Source: Acidobacteriota bacterium
Lineage (GTDB): Bacteria > Acidobacteriota > Thermoanaerobaculia > Thermoanaerobaculales > Thermoanaerobaculaceae
Assembly: GCA_037441065.1 (NCBI GenBank)
Contig: JBBISY010000003.1
Location: 129,307-193,306, forward strand
Direction: 5' to 3'
DNA length: 64,000 nucleotides
A model generated the notes under the pieces. It was not told where the DNA came from. It worked only from the letters and a program-made list of their open reading frames with translations, and did not search any database. A program made the translations under genes and the position numbers. Positions 7,894-16,440 of this stretch are shown here, one piece after another. The number at the start of each line of letters is the position of its first letter. Position 1 is the stretch's first letter.

Positions 7894-8535
7894 ATGAAAG
7901 GGACGACGTGGGGTGTGATGGCGGTGGCGCTGATCCTGGCCGTAGGGCTCACGGGCTGCGCTACCAAGACGTACGTGAACGAGCAGGTGGCGGCCGCCAC
8001 GAAGGCTTCCGACGAGAAGATCGGCGAGGTTCAAAAGCAGGTGGAAGTGGCGCAGATGGACATCGCCAACCTGAAGAAGTCGGACGAGCGGCAGAACCAG
8101 GAGATCGCCAACATCTCCGGTACCGCGAAGGAAGCGCTGGCGCGGGCCGAGGAGGCGGGGAAGCTGGCGAAGGGGAAGTTCCTCTTCGAAGTCACCCTCA
8201 CCGACGAGGCGGTGAAGTTCGGGTTCAACAGCTCGTCGCTCTCGCCGGAGGCGAAGGCCGCCCTGGATGCGTTCGCGGCGCGGGTGAAGGCGGAGAACAA
8301 GAACGTCTACATCGAGGTGCAGGGGCACACCGACAGCGTCGGGTCCGAGTCGTACAACCTCAAGCTCGGCCAGGAGCGAGCTGACAGCGTGTTGCGGTAC
8401 CTCAACATGCAGCACGGGATCCCGCTGCACCGCCTGAACGCCGTCTCCTACGGCGAGTTCAAGCCGGTGGCCGACAACAAGACCAGCTCGGGCCGGGCGC
8501 AGAACCGCCGCGTGACGCTAGTCGTGCTCGAGTAG
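7894..8535 (+). CDS. lipoprotein with Lpp-like coiled coil fused to an OmpA C-terminal peptidoglycan-binding domain
   Basis: ATG 7894 lies 5 nt after AGGGAGGA. Lipobox LTGC. Heptad-like segment EKIGEVQKQVEVAQMDIANLKKSDERQNQEIANI. OmpA_C motifs ..VQGHTDSVGSESYNLKLGQERA..NRRVTLVV. The track ORF starts upstream at 7822. Confidence 0.85.
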   Translation: MKGTTWGVMAVALILAVGLTGCATKTYVNEQVAAATKASDEKIGEVQKQVEVAQMDIANLKKSDERQNQEIANISGTAKEALARAEEAGKLAKGKFLFEVTLTDEAVKFGFNSSSLSPEAKAALDAFAARVKAENKNVYIEVQGHTDSVGSESYNLKLGQERADSVLRYLNMQHGIPLHRLNAVSYGEFKPVADNKTSSGRAQNRRVTLVVLE

Positions 8536-8555
8536 TTCAGCGACAAAGGGTCTGC

Positions 8556-8592
8556 GGGGCGCCCCGGCTCGCCGGGGCGCCCCGTGTCGTTT
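8556..8592 (+). terminator. rho-independent-type terminator after the Lpp/OmpA-like gene
   Basis: 12-bp perfect GC stem GGGGCGCCCCGG / CCGGGGCGCCCC (8556-8567 / 8572-8583) with loop CTCG, followed by GTGTCGTTTCC (weak T-tract). Confidence 0.7.
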
Positions 8593-8664
8593 CCGAAGGG
8601 TGGTGGCCGCGCCGCCGGGCGCACTACGGGTGTGACAGATTGTCCCAGAATCGCCCCACTCGAC

Positions 8665-8689
8665 GCGGCGCGACACGAGTAGGCGCCGC
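8665..8689. repeat. inverted repeat GCGGCGC-N11-GCGCCGC upstream of the sigma54-type promoter
   Basis: 7-bp arms at 8665-8671 and 8683-8689, centred about 80 nt upstream of the predicted start site. This is a possible enhancer-binding-protein site, but GC-rich repeats of this size can arise by chance. Confidence 0.2.
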
Positions 8690-8731
8690 GAAGGAGCTGG
8701 CAACGGTCCGTTCCACAACAACTTGGCCCGG

Positions 8732-8747
8732 TGGCATGGGCTTTGCT
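8732..8747 (+). promoter_or_regulatory. sigma54 (-24/-12) promoter candidate TGGCAT-N5-TTGCT in front of the minor-pilin operon
   Basis: Matches the consensus TGGCAC-N5-TTGCW at 10 of 11 specified positions, with correct GG-N10-GC spacing. It lies 16 nt upstream of ATG 8763. Confidence 0.5.
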
Positions 8748-8762
8748 CTAATGGGGAGTGCT

Positions 8763-9335
8763 ATGAGACGCACGCGTTCCTCCGCGGCTGGTTTCACGCT
8801 GATCGAGGGGCTGGTGGTCCTGGCCATCATCGGCATTCTCGCGGCGTGGGTCGTGCCCAACTTCCGCAACTCGATGATTCGCAGTAAGTTGACCACGCCG
8901 GTGCGGGACATCGAGCGGTTAGCCTCGGTGGCCCGTCTGCAGGCGGTCAACGCGCAGAGGCCCTTCGGCATGGCCTTCGTGATCCTCGCGGGTGGGGACA
9001 AGGGCGTGGTCAGGATCTTCGAGGATGCGGACGGCGATGGCAGCTTCGACGAGGGGGACGAGAGGGTGGTGCAGAGCTACGAGCTGCCGCCGGGGGTGCG
9101 GTTCCACAGCCCCGTGCCCGGTCCCGCCGTGCCGGGGGCCATCGTCTTTGCGCCGGGGGGCGCGCTGGTTGGGACGGCGGATCCCCGCGTGCACGTGGGC
9201 GACCTGCGTGGCAACCACATGCGCCTCGTCTTCAACCACATCACGGGACAGGTGCGGCGGGAGATGTTCGTTCCGGGCTCCGCCAACGAGTGGCTGGGGC
9301 CGTCCCGGGAAGGAGAGTGGCCGTGGCTCTACTGA
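8763..9335 (+). CDS. GspH/FimT-like minor pilin (prepilin-type N-terminal methylation domain)
   Basis: MRRTRSSAAG/FTLIEGLVVLAIIGIL is a class III signal peptide with conserved Glu+5. In-frame ATGs at 8736 and 8751 are alternative starts. Confidence 0.75.
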   Translation: MRRTRSSAAGFTLIEGLVVLAIIGILAAWVVPNFRNSMIRSKLTTPVRDIERLASVARLQAVNAQRPFGMAFVILAGGDKGVVRIFEDADGDGSFDEGDERVVQSYELPPGVRFHSPVPGPAVPGAIVFAPGGALVGTADPRVHVGDLRGNHMRLVFNHITGQVRREMFVPGSANEWLGPSREGEWPWLY

Positions 9336-9802
9336 AGCGACGCGAAGGGGGCATGACGCTGATCGAGCTCTTGGTGGCGATGGCCATCCTGGCCGTCGTC
9401 ATCCTGTCGGTGATCGGCCTCTTCACGCAATCCGTCACCCTCAACGCCAGTGGCATGGATTACACCCGCGTCAACGACCTGGTGCGGGACAAGGTGGAAG
9501 AACTCATCGGCCTGCCCTTCGACGACCCGTCGTTGGTGGTGCCGGATGGCCAGGACAGTTTGGTGATCCCTGACGACCTCAACACGGGCGGTACCCCGCC
9601 GCTCTTCACGCGGGTGTGCGAGATCCGCCAGGTGCAGTTGACGAAGGATGGGGACGTGGACGCGGAGCTGGCGACCCCAACGGTTGCGACGGCGGCGAAC
9701 CTCAAGGTCATGACCGTGACGGTGGCTTCGGGCCGGTCGTTCCTCTCCGGGCAGCGGGTGCTGCGGTTGACGGCGCTGCGCGCGGACGGCCTCCGGTACT
9801 AG
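9317..9802 (+). CDS. pilV: PilV-like type IV pilus minor pilin
   Basis: GTG 9317 follows GGAAGGAG. ..KRREGG/MTLIELLVAMAILAVV is a prepilin N-terminus. Overlaps the previous gene by 19 nt. Confidence 0.7.
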   Translation: MAVALLKRREGGMTLIELLVAMAILAVVILSVIGLFTQSVTLNASGMDYTRVNDLVRDKVEELIGLPFDDPSLVVPDGQDSLVIPDDLNTGGTPPLFTRVCEIRQVQLTKDGDVDAELATPTVATAANLKVMTVTVASGRSFLSGQRVLRLTALRADGLRY

Positions 9803-9814
9803 AGGGGGGTGACG

Positions 9815-11101
9815 ATGCGATCGCGCGGTTTTTCGCTCGTGGAATTGCTAGTCGCCCTGGCCATTATGGCCCTGGTGATCGGCGGCTTCCTCTCGCTCCT
9901 GGATACCTCCGCGAAGATCTCGAAGGCGCAGTCCGCAACCGCCGAGGTGCAGGAGGGGCTGCGGTACGTGATGGGGCATCTGGTGCGTTGGACCAGGATG
10001 GCGGGGGCAGGGGGGCTGCCCGTGATGGTGGGGCCGGGCAACGCGATTTGGAATCCCCCTGACAACGCCGGCCGGCCAGTGGCGGTGGAGGTTCGCAACA
10101 ACGTGGGAACGGGCGTCGAGATGGGGGGGCGTGAGGTGCTCCCCGGCACCGACATCCTCACTCTCCGGGGGGCCTTCGCCGGCATCGTCATGGACCTGCA
10201 AACGGCCAACAACGATCCGGAGCGGCGAGGGGAGTACAGCTACGACGATCCTGACGGAAGCTTCCGGGTCCCCCTCAAGGACTTGGCCGGCAACGAGCAG
10301 CACACGGCTGACTTCGACGCGCTGGTGGACCCCACGAAAAGCCCTCCCCTGTGGGTGCCGGTGGTGTTCTCGACCTTCGGCTTCAACGAGATTGCCCTCG
10401 ACGGGGAGCGGCGGCGCGTCATCGCTCAGTACGGGGTGGCGATCGTCAAGACCAAGGACCCCGAGAACCGGACCTACGGCTTCGGAACGGTGGCGGATGT
10501 GGAGGCCCAGAACGAATACCTGTCCATGAACCCCGTGGGGGGCTTCCCCGAGAGGCTCGACGCCCAGGGGGCGGTGAACCGGGTGGCGGCGATTGCGGAC
10601 CACTCCTTCTTCGTGGCCCTGGACGACGATGGGGTGCCGACGCTCTACGAGCGGGACTCGGTGGCCGACATCACCCAGCCGGTGGCGGCGGACATCGTGG
10701 ACCTGCAGGTGGCGCTGGGGTGCGACACCAACCTCGACGGCCGCGTGACCGAGGACGTCTCCAGCCCGAACGACGACGAGTGGCTGTTCAACGGCAGCGG
10801 GGAGGATATCAACGACACGGTGGGAGGGCTTCCGGGCGCCGCGAGGATGTACGTCTACCTGCGCGACGTGCGGATTTCCCTGGCGAGCCGGATCCCGGTC
10901 TTTGACCCGAAGTTTTCGCAGCAGCCCGTAGACGCTCGCACCGGCCAGCCTCGCCCACCGTCCCCGGGCGGGTCGCCGTTGGCCCTGGAGGACGGGCGCA
11001 ACCTCCTGGAGGACACCTACAAGGCCCTGCCCGGTCAGAACTTTAGATACCGCACCCTGATGGAGCGGGTGAAGCTGCGCAGTCTCGGGGTGGTGCGATG
11101 A
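9815..11101 (+). CDS. pilW: PilW-like type IV pilus minor pilin
   Basis: ATG 9815 lies 5 nt after GAGGGGGG. MRSRG/FSLVELLVALAIMALV. Size (428 aa) and operon position fit PilW. Confidence 0.7.
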   Translation: MRSRGFSLVELLVALAIMALVIGGFLSLLDTSAKISKAQSATAEVQEGLRYVMGHLVRWTRMAGAGGLPVMVGPGNAIWNPPDNAGRPVAVEVRNNVGTGVEMGGREVLPGTDILTLRGAFAGIVMDLQTANNDPERRGEYSYDDPDGSFRVPLKDLAGNEQHTADFDALVDPTKSPPLWVPVVFSTFGFNEIALDGERRRVIAQYGVAIVKTKDPENRTYGFGTVADVEAQNEYLSMNPVGGFPERLDAQGAVNRVAAIADHSFFVALDDDGVPTLYERDSVADITQPVAADIVDLQVALGCDTNLDGRVTEDVSSPNDDEWLFNGSGEDINDTVGGLPGAARMYVYLRDVRISLASRIPVFDPKFSQQPVDARTGQPRPPSPGGSPLALEDGRNLLEDTYKALPGQNFRYRTLMERVKLRSLGVVR

Positions 11102-11112
11102 GGAGGTCGGTA

Positions 11113-11586
11113 ATGCGGGAGCGGGGAAGTGCGATGGTGCTGGCGCTCTTCATGATCGTCATCTTGACGGTGCTGGGTCTCGGGCTGGTGCTGCGCACCA
11201 AGGTCACCATGGCCGTGGCGGCCGCCGAACGCCCCATCACCACCAACTTCTATGCGGCGGACAGCGGCATCCATGCCTCCTACGCGCGGTTGACGGTGAA
11301 CAACCCCTGCGCCTTCTCCTTCCACTTGCAGGACATGCGCGGCTCCGACGGCAGCGTGTCCTTCCCCATCCTCATCGGCGTCGAGGAGGCACGCTTCTTG
11401 GGAGGCCAGCAGGAGATCGGCTCCAACGTGAGCGGGGCCATGGGTGGGGGGGGCGAGAAGATGGTGTCGCAGAGTTTCCGGCTGGCGGCGGAGGCCTTCG
11501 AGGAAGCCACCCGGACGAGGCGAGCCGTGGAGGCCGAGGTGTACTTCGACCCGAAACCGGAAACGATCCTTCCACCGTGTTCGTAA
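11113..11586 (+). CDS. pilX: PilX-like pilus assembly protein
   Basis: ATG 11113 lies 6 nt after AGGAGG (11101-11106). MRERGSAMVLALFMIVILTVLGLG matches the PilX N-terminal domain pattern. An alternative ATG at 11098 overlaps the pilW stop. Confidence 0.65.
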   Translation: MRERGSAMVLALFMIVILTVLGLGLVLRTKVTMAVAAAERPITTNFYAADSGIHASYARLTVNNPCAFSFHLQDMRGSDGSVSFPILIGVEEARFLGGQQEIGSNVSGAMGGGGEKMVSQSFRLAAEAFEEATRTRRAVEAEVYFDPKPETILPPCS

Positions 11587-11600
11587 ACGGGGGGTGAACG

Positions 11601-14600
11601 ATGAGCAACCGTTTATCGATCTCTGGTCTTGTCGCTGCGGCGCTGCTGGCGGTGGTGGCCGGCCCGGCTCGCGCCGATGACCGCGATCTCTTGATGTCGC
11701 GGGGGGCGCGGCCGAACGTCTTGATGGTGGTGGACTCCTCGGGCTCCATGGCCCGTGACGTGGACTCCGACCGCCGCGACTTCGTGGCCAGTATGGACGA
11801 CCCGCACGCCAAGATGTACCAGGTGAAGTACGCCGTTAGGCAGTTCGTGCAGGCGTTCCCGCAGTTCAACCTGGGGTTCACCTTCTTCGAGCGGAACAGC
11901 GTGGAGATGGGCGACCAGCTCTTCGTCTACCGCCTGGATCCAGAGGGGCCGGGGATCGATTTTTCCTGGCGATATCGGATCCTGGGCAGCTCCCGGAACA
12001 ATTACGGCTCGCAGGTGCGCATGCAACTGGCGGCGGGGGACCCCATCCGCCTGGGCGACTACACGGCGCGGACCGGCAGCTACCAGTACGTGAGCCGTTG
12101 GGGCCCGCTCTTCGGGGCCAGCGGGACGCACCTGTTCTCGGACTGGACCTCCAGCGGCAGCGTGTACTACAACGGGAAGCGGACCGGCAAGTACCGTGTG
12201 GACGCGTGGCTCCTGGAACCCACTGCGGGGACCGGCTACTACTACCCCTCCTACACCTGGAGCGAGGACAGCAACGCCGTACCCAACGCCATCAACGCCT
12301 TCACCCAGGTGCACGACCAGTACGCCAGCGTGATCTTCGACCCGCTGGCCTCGCCGGAGGTGAAGCTCGATGCGCTGCAGCACCTACGCGCGGCCCGGAT
12401 CCAGCTCCAGGAGGTGCTAGACGCACACCAGATCGGTCTGCAGCGGCTCACCATGCGGGTGCAGCTCAAGAAGTGCAGCGGTACGGTGAATACCACGAAC
12501 GGCACGTGCAGCACCGGTTGGGTTACGCAGGACACCACGGACATTTCGCTGGTGAGCGCCGAGGGTACACCGGCCAACGCCTTCGCCGCCGGCGACACCA
12601 CCATCGGCACCTACCCCGCCACCTTCATGACCAACGAATACTCCTACAACTCGTCGGCTGCCAAGGACAAGTACTTCTACACGGACTCGGGGTATAGCGG
12701 AGCCTTCGACTTCTACAGCAACAACACCTGCAACGGCTGGCTGGGTGCCACGCCCAGCACGGTCAAGATCCCCCTCGTGCCCATCCCCACCGATCAGGAC
12801 CCCCCATTGCTGGCCCTCATCGACCTCGTGCTCAACCCCTCGACGCAGATGCGCCTGTACTTCCCCACCCGCACCGACGGGGTGAAGAGCTGGCCCAAGT
12901 ACTGGGACCCCCAGTCGCCGTGCCAGTTCGATGCGCAGGCGGGCTGCTCCTTCGACAACCGGGGGGTGTGGGTCACCGACCGGTCCATGTACGCCACCGG
13001 AGCCACACCCTTGAAGAACTGCATCGACGACTCGTATCAGTACTTCAGCCAGGATGTTCTGAAGCGCGAGGACCCGTTGAAGTCGTGCCGGAAGAACTTC
13101 GTGATTCTCCTCACCGACGGGCTGGAGACCTGCGGCGGCAACCCGTGCACCGCCGCCACGAACCTGTGGAAGAACACCAGCCCTTACAACGTCTCGATCT
13201 TCGTGATCGGCTACGGGATGGGCACGAGCGGCAACTCGCTCCAGTGCATCGCCGACAACTCCCACGGCGAGCTATACCTGCCCAACAACATCGACGAGCT
13301 GATCGAGGCTCTCATGCGGGTGGGCCAGCAGATCGACGAGCGCTCGCGAGGGTTCGCCTCACCCACTGTGCCGTCGGTTGAGCTCTCCACCCGCGAGAAG
13401 GGGTACATCTCCACCTTCATCCCCCGCAACCACCGCTCCATCTGGGAAGGCCACCTGCGGGCCTACCTGGTGGAGCCTACCACCGGCATGATCCCCACCA
13501 CCTGCTCGGACGAGGGGGGCTACACGTTGTGTTTGCCGGACACGACAAGGGCGCTGTGGGACGCCGGCGAGGTGCTACGGCAGCGGGCCACCTCGTACCG
13601 CAACATCTACTTCGGCACCGGTGGGGGGTCGGTCCCTGGGGCGCGGATGCCCTTCACGGTGACGAGCGGCACCTCGGCGCTGCTCAAGGCCCGCATCGAG
13701 CCGACCCTCACCGACGCCCAGCTCTCCCAGGTGGTGGCCTTCATGCGTGGGGACCGCGACACCGCCATCTACGACAACCCACCGTACAAGCTGGGGGACG
13801 TCTTCCACTCGGTCCCCTACCTCTCGGGGGCACCCGACTGCTACTCCTGTTACCTCCAGAACGCCTACGAGTACCGCAGCGAGTTCTTCCTGCCCCACAG
13901 CAAGCGCCGGAAGGTGCTCCTGGCGGGTGCTGACGACGGCATGTTCCACGCTTTCGAGGCCGGTTTCTGGGGGCGGGACACCACCAACTACCCGAACGCG
14001 TATGACAACGGCACCGGTAAGGAACTGTGGGCCTGGGTCCCGAACGCCGTGATGCACAAGTTCGACGAGCTGGCCTTCGGGGAAGAGCACCGGTACACGG
14101 TGGACGGGACCCCCACCGTGGCCGATGTGTTCATCGATCCAAGCCACAGCGGGACCCCCGACCTGGATGAGAGGGAGTGGCGGACGGTGGTGATCTTCGG
14201 CGGCCGTAACGGCAGCGACTCGTTCGTCTGCCTCGATATCACCAAACCCGATCCGTACAACGCGAGCGGCACGCCGGTGAGCGGTTCCGACGACATGCCA
14301 GCCTGCCTCTCCGGGGCCAGTGGGTGCGCGGGCAACTACCCGGCGCTGCTCTGGGAGTTCGCCGATCGCGGCGACAGCGACGGGAACGGCTTCAAGGACA
14401 TGGCCGAAACCTGGTCGCGCCCGGTGGTGGCGTGGATCAAGGTGAAGCCCGCCGATGGCGACGAAGAGACCCGCAACGTGGCCATCGTGGGCGGCGGCTA
14501 CCAGGGTACCCTCATGGGCGGCAACTTCTTGTACATCATCGACATCGAGACGGGGCAGGCGCTCTTGAAGGCGCCCATGCCATCGTCGGTGCCGACGGAG

Positions 14601-15413
14601 ATCGCGGCTCTGGATTTCAACTTCGACTCCTACATCGAGCGGATCTACTGGGGTGACACGTCGGGCGGGCTGTGGAAGCTGGACACCAGCAAGGTGGCGG
14701 CGCTGGACGCCAGCGGCAAGATCACCTACACCGAGAGCGGCTGGCAGCCACCTACGAGACTCATGCAGGTGAGTGCGACGCAGCGCTTCTTCCAGCGTCC
14801 CATCATCGTGCTGGCGGGCTTCGCCTCCTCCGGAGCGCCCATCTTCGCGGTGGGCCTGGGGGCCGGGGACCGCGAGAAGATCTTCCAGCGCGACGAAACG
14901 TACGTGAACGCCTTCTACATGGTGGTGGACCGCGAGGACGGCGTGGTCCTCTCCGAGGCCAACCTGCAGGCGCTGAGCGCCAGCTCGCCGGCGGTGGACG
15001 CTGCCACCAACTACCTGATGCACGACACGCTGCGCGGTTGGTACCTGACGCTGGGCCAGTACGAGAAGGTCAACACCCCGGCTATCGCGGTGGACAACCG
15101 GTTGATCTTCTCCACCTTCACGCCGGGGGAGGGCACCATCATCGTGCCGGATCCCAACAATCCAGGCAACTTCCTGTGCCGGGAGTCGGGCAACGCCAAG
15201 ACCTACGTGGTGGACTACCGCAACGCCAACCCCTACGGAGACGAGCGCGCCATCCAACTGCCGCCGTCCGTGGCCATGGCGTCGGAACCCATCGTGTACG
15301 TGGGGGAGGACGGGAGGGTGCACGTGCTGCAGGCCACCGACAACCTGGCCATGGTGGAGCCTGTGCCCCCCCAGCGGCTGGGGGCCACGGTACTGAGCTG
15401 GCGCGAGCGGTGA
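11601..15413 (+). CDS. pilY1: PilY1-like type IV pilus tip-associated adhesin with N-terminal VWA domain
   Basis: Signal peptide ..AGPARA/DD. MIDAS motif LMVVDSSGSM (about 11718-11750) and FVILLTDGLETCGG. C-terminal PilC/PilY1 beta-propeller-like region (..LYIIDIETGQALLK.., GDTSGGLWKLD). Two acidic Ca-site-like loops: DSDGNGFKD (about 14372-14398) and DFNFDSYIE (about 14613-14639). Confidence 0.85.
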   Translation: MSNRLSISGLVAAALLAVVAGPARADDRDLLMSRGARPNVLMVVDSSGSMARDVDSDRRDFVASMDDPHAKMYQVKYAVRQFVQAFPQFNLGFTFFERNSVEMGDQLFVYRLDPEGPGIDFSWRYRILGSSRNNYGSQVRMQLAAGDPIRLGDYTARTGSYQYVSRWGPLFGASGTHLFSDWTSSGSVYYNGKRTGKYRVDAWLLEPTAGTGYYYPSYTWSEDSNAVPNAINAFTQVHDQYASVIFDPLASPEVKLDALQHLRAARIQLQEVLDAHQIGLQRLTMRVQLKKCSGTVNTTNGTCSTGWVTQDTTDISLVSAEGTPANAFAAGDTTIGTYPATFMTNEYSYNSSAAKDKYFYTDSGYSGAFDFYSNNTCNGWLGATPSTVKIPLVPIPTDQDPPLLALIDLVLNPSTQMRLYFPTRTDGVKSWPKYWDPQSPCQFDAQAGCSFDNRGVWVTDRSMYATGATPLKNCIDDSYQYFSQDVLKREDPLKSCRKNFVILLTDGLETCGGNPCTAATNLWKNTSPYNVSIFVIGYGMGTSGNSLQCIADNSHGELYLPNNIDELIEALMRVGQQIDERSRGFASPTVPSVELSTREKGYISTFIPRNHRSIWEGHLRAYLVEPTTGMIPTTCSDEGGYTLCLPDTTRALWDAGEVLRQRATSYRNIYFGTGGGSVPGARMPFTVTSGTSALLKARIEPTLTDAQLSQVVAFMRGDRDTAIYDNPPYKLGDVFHSVPYLSGAPDCYSCYLQNAYEYRSEFFLPHSKRRKVLLAGADDGMFHAFEAGFWGRDTTNYPNAYDNGTGKELWAWVPNAVMHKFDELAFGEEHRYTVDGTPTVADVFIDPSHSGTPDLDEREWRTVVIFGGRNGSDSFVCLDITKPDPYNASGTPVSGSDDMPACLSGASGCAGNYPALLWEFADRGDSDGNGFKDMAETWSRPVVAWIKVKPADGDEETRNVAIVGGGYQGTLMGGNFLYIIDIETGQALLKAPMPSSVPTEIAALDFNFDSYIERIYWGDTSGGLWKLDTSKVAALDASGKITYTESGWQPPTRLMQVSATQRFFQRPIIVLAGFASSGAPIFAVGLGAGDREKIFQRDETYVNAFYMVVDREDGVVLSEANLQALSASSPAVDAATNYLMHDTLRGWYLTLGQYEKVNTPAIAVDNRLIFSTFTPGEGTIIVPDPNNPGNFLCRESGNAKTYVVDYRNANPYGDERAIQLPPSVAMASEPIVYVGEDGRVHVLQATDNLAMVEPVPPQRLGATVLSWRER

Positions 15414-15430
15414 AGCGCCGCGGTTTCTCC

Positions 15431-15462
15431 GAAGCGGGGGGGCAGCCCCCCGCTTCTTTTTT
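15431..15462 (+). terminator. rho-independent terminator after pilY1
   Basis: GAAGCGGGGGG (15431-15441), loop GCAG, CCCCCCGCTTC (15446-15456), followed by TTTTTT (15457-15462). Confidence 0.85.
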
Positions 15463-15508
15463 GCGGCCGTGGCGCTACCATAGGCGCAGGACGGCGGAGG
15501 GAGACGGT

Positions 15509-16393
15509 ATGAAGACTGCACCGATGGTTCTGGCGGCACTGGTCCTGGCGGGCGCGGCCGAAGCTGCAACGGTGGTGCTCAAGGGCGGCAAGCAGCTTGA
15601 GGTCACTTCCTACCAGCAACAGGGGAACTACGTGCTGGTGCGGTACGCCAACGGCCGCGCCGAGTCGTACCCCCTCTCGGCGGTGGACCTGGCGGCGACC
15701 CGCGCCGCCAATGCGGTGGCGGAGGAGGCAACGGCGCCCGCACGTCCTGGCGGCCCGCACAGCCCCTTCGCGCAGGCGGTGGCCGCGGCGGGGGAGACGG
15801 CAGCCCGGGTCAGCGACGAGGACGTCCAGCACATCGCACCCCCCGAAGAGGGCGGTGGAGAAGCTGGCGAGCAGGCGGCACAGGCCGGTGGGCAGGTGGT
15901 GCTCCTGGGTTACGACAAGCAGCTCGTGGGCGAGAACCAGTGGGCTGTGACGGCCACCATCTCCAACACCGGCACCGAGCCGGTGCGCAACGTTGCCGCC
16001 ACGGTCAAGCTCCTCGACGAGAAAGGGGTGACCGTCGGTTCCGGTACCGCCTCGTTCCCGGGGACGCTGGGCCCTGGACAGCAGGGGATGATCTCCACCG
16101 CCGTGGTGGCCACGGGCGAGGCGCGGCAGATCTCCTTCGAGTTCCAGTGGCAGACCATCAAGGCGGCGCGGCCGGCCACTGCGGCTCCCGAGGGTGGCGC
16201 CCGGCCCAGCGAAGCCACCGGAGCCGGCGAAACCGGCGAGGGGGCGCCGACCCCCGAGGCGACTCCGGGCTGGGAGGTCCCGCCTGGGGCTTCCCCGAAT
16301 GCGCTACCGGAGAACCCGATGGCGGTGCCACCCTTGACGGCCCCGCCCATCGCGCCGCAGGTGCGCCGCGGGGGCGGTGGCAGCGAGGGGTAG
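15509..16393 (+). CDS. secreted hypothetical protein (Ala/Gly/Pro-rich linkers, central Ig/FxLYD-like module)
   Basis: ATG 15509 follows GGAGGGAG. Signal peptide MKTAPMVLAALVLAGAAEA. Transcriptionally separated from pilY1 by the terminator at 15431-15462. No family recognised with confidence. Confidence 0.6.
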   Translation: MKTAPMVLAALVLAGAAEAATVVLKGGKQLEVTSYQQQGNYVLVRYANGRAESYPLSAVDLAATRAANAVAEEATAPARPGGPHSPFAQAVAAAGETAARVSDEDVQHIAPPEEGGGEAGEQAAQAGGQVVLLGYDKQLVGENQWAVTATISNTGTEPVRNVAATVKLLDEKGVTVGSGTASFPGTLGPGQQGMISTAVVATGEARQISFEFQWQTIKAARPATAAPEGGARPSEATGAGETGEGAPTPEATPGWEVPPGASPNALPENPMAVPPLTAPPIAPQVRRGGGGSEG

Positions 16394-16440
16394 GCGGCAC
16401 CAGCCAGCGGCTGTGGCCGGGCGGGCCGGGCGGGGGACGG

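Noticed and set aside
16394-16440. Tandem GGCCGGGCG GGCCGGGCG and weak hairpins in convergent gaps (16394-16440, 18985-19030, 58645-58702, 3390-3413) as terminators
   Set aside because: The stems are short or imperfect and lack T-tracts. They are not distinguishable from random GC-rich self-complementarity, unlike the two terminators reported.
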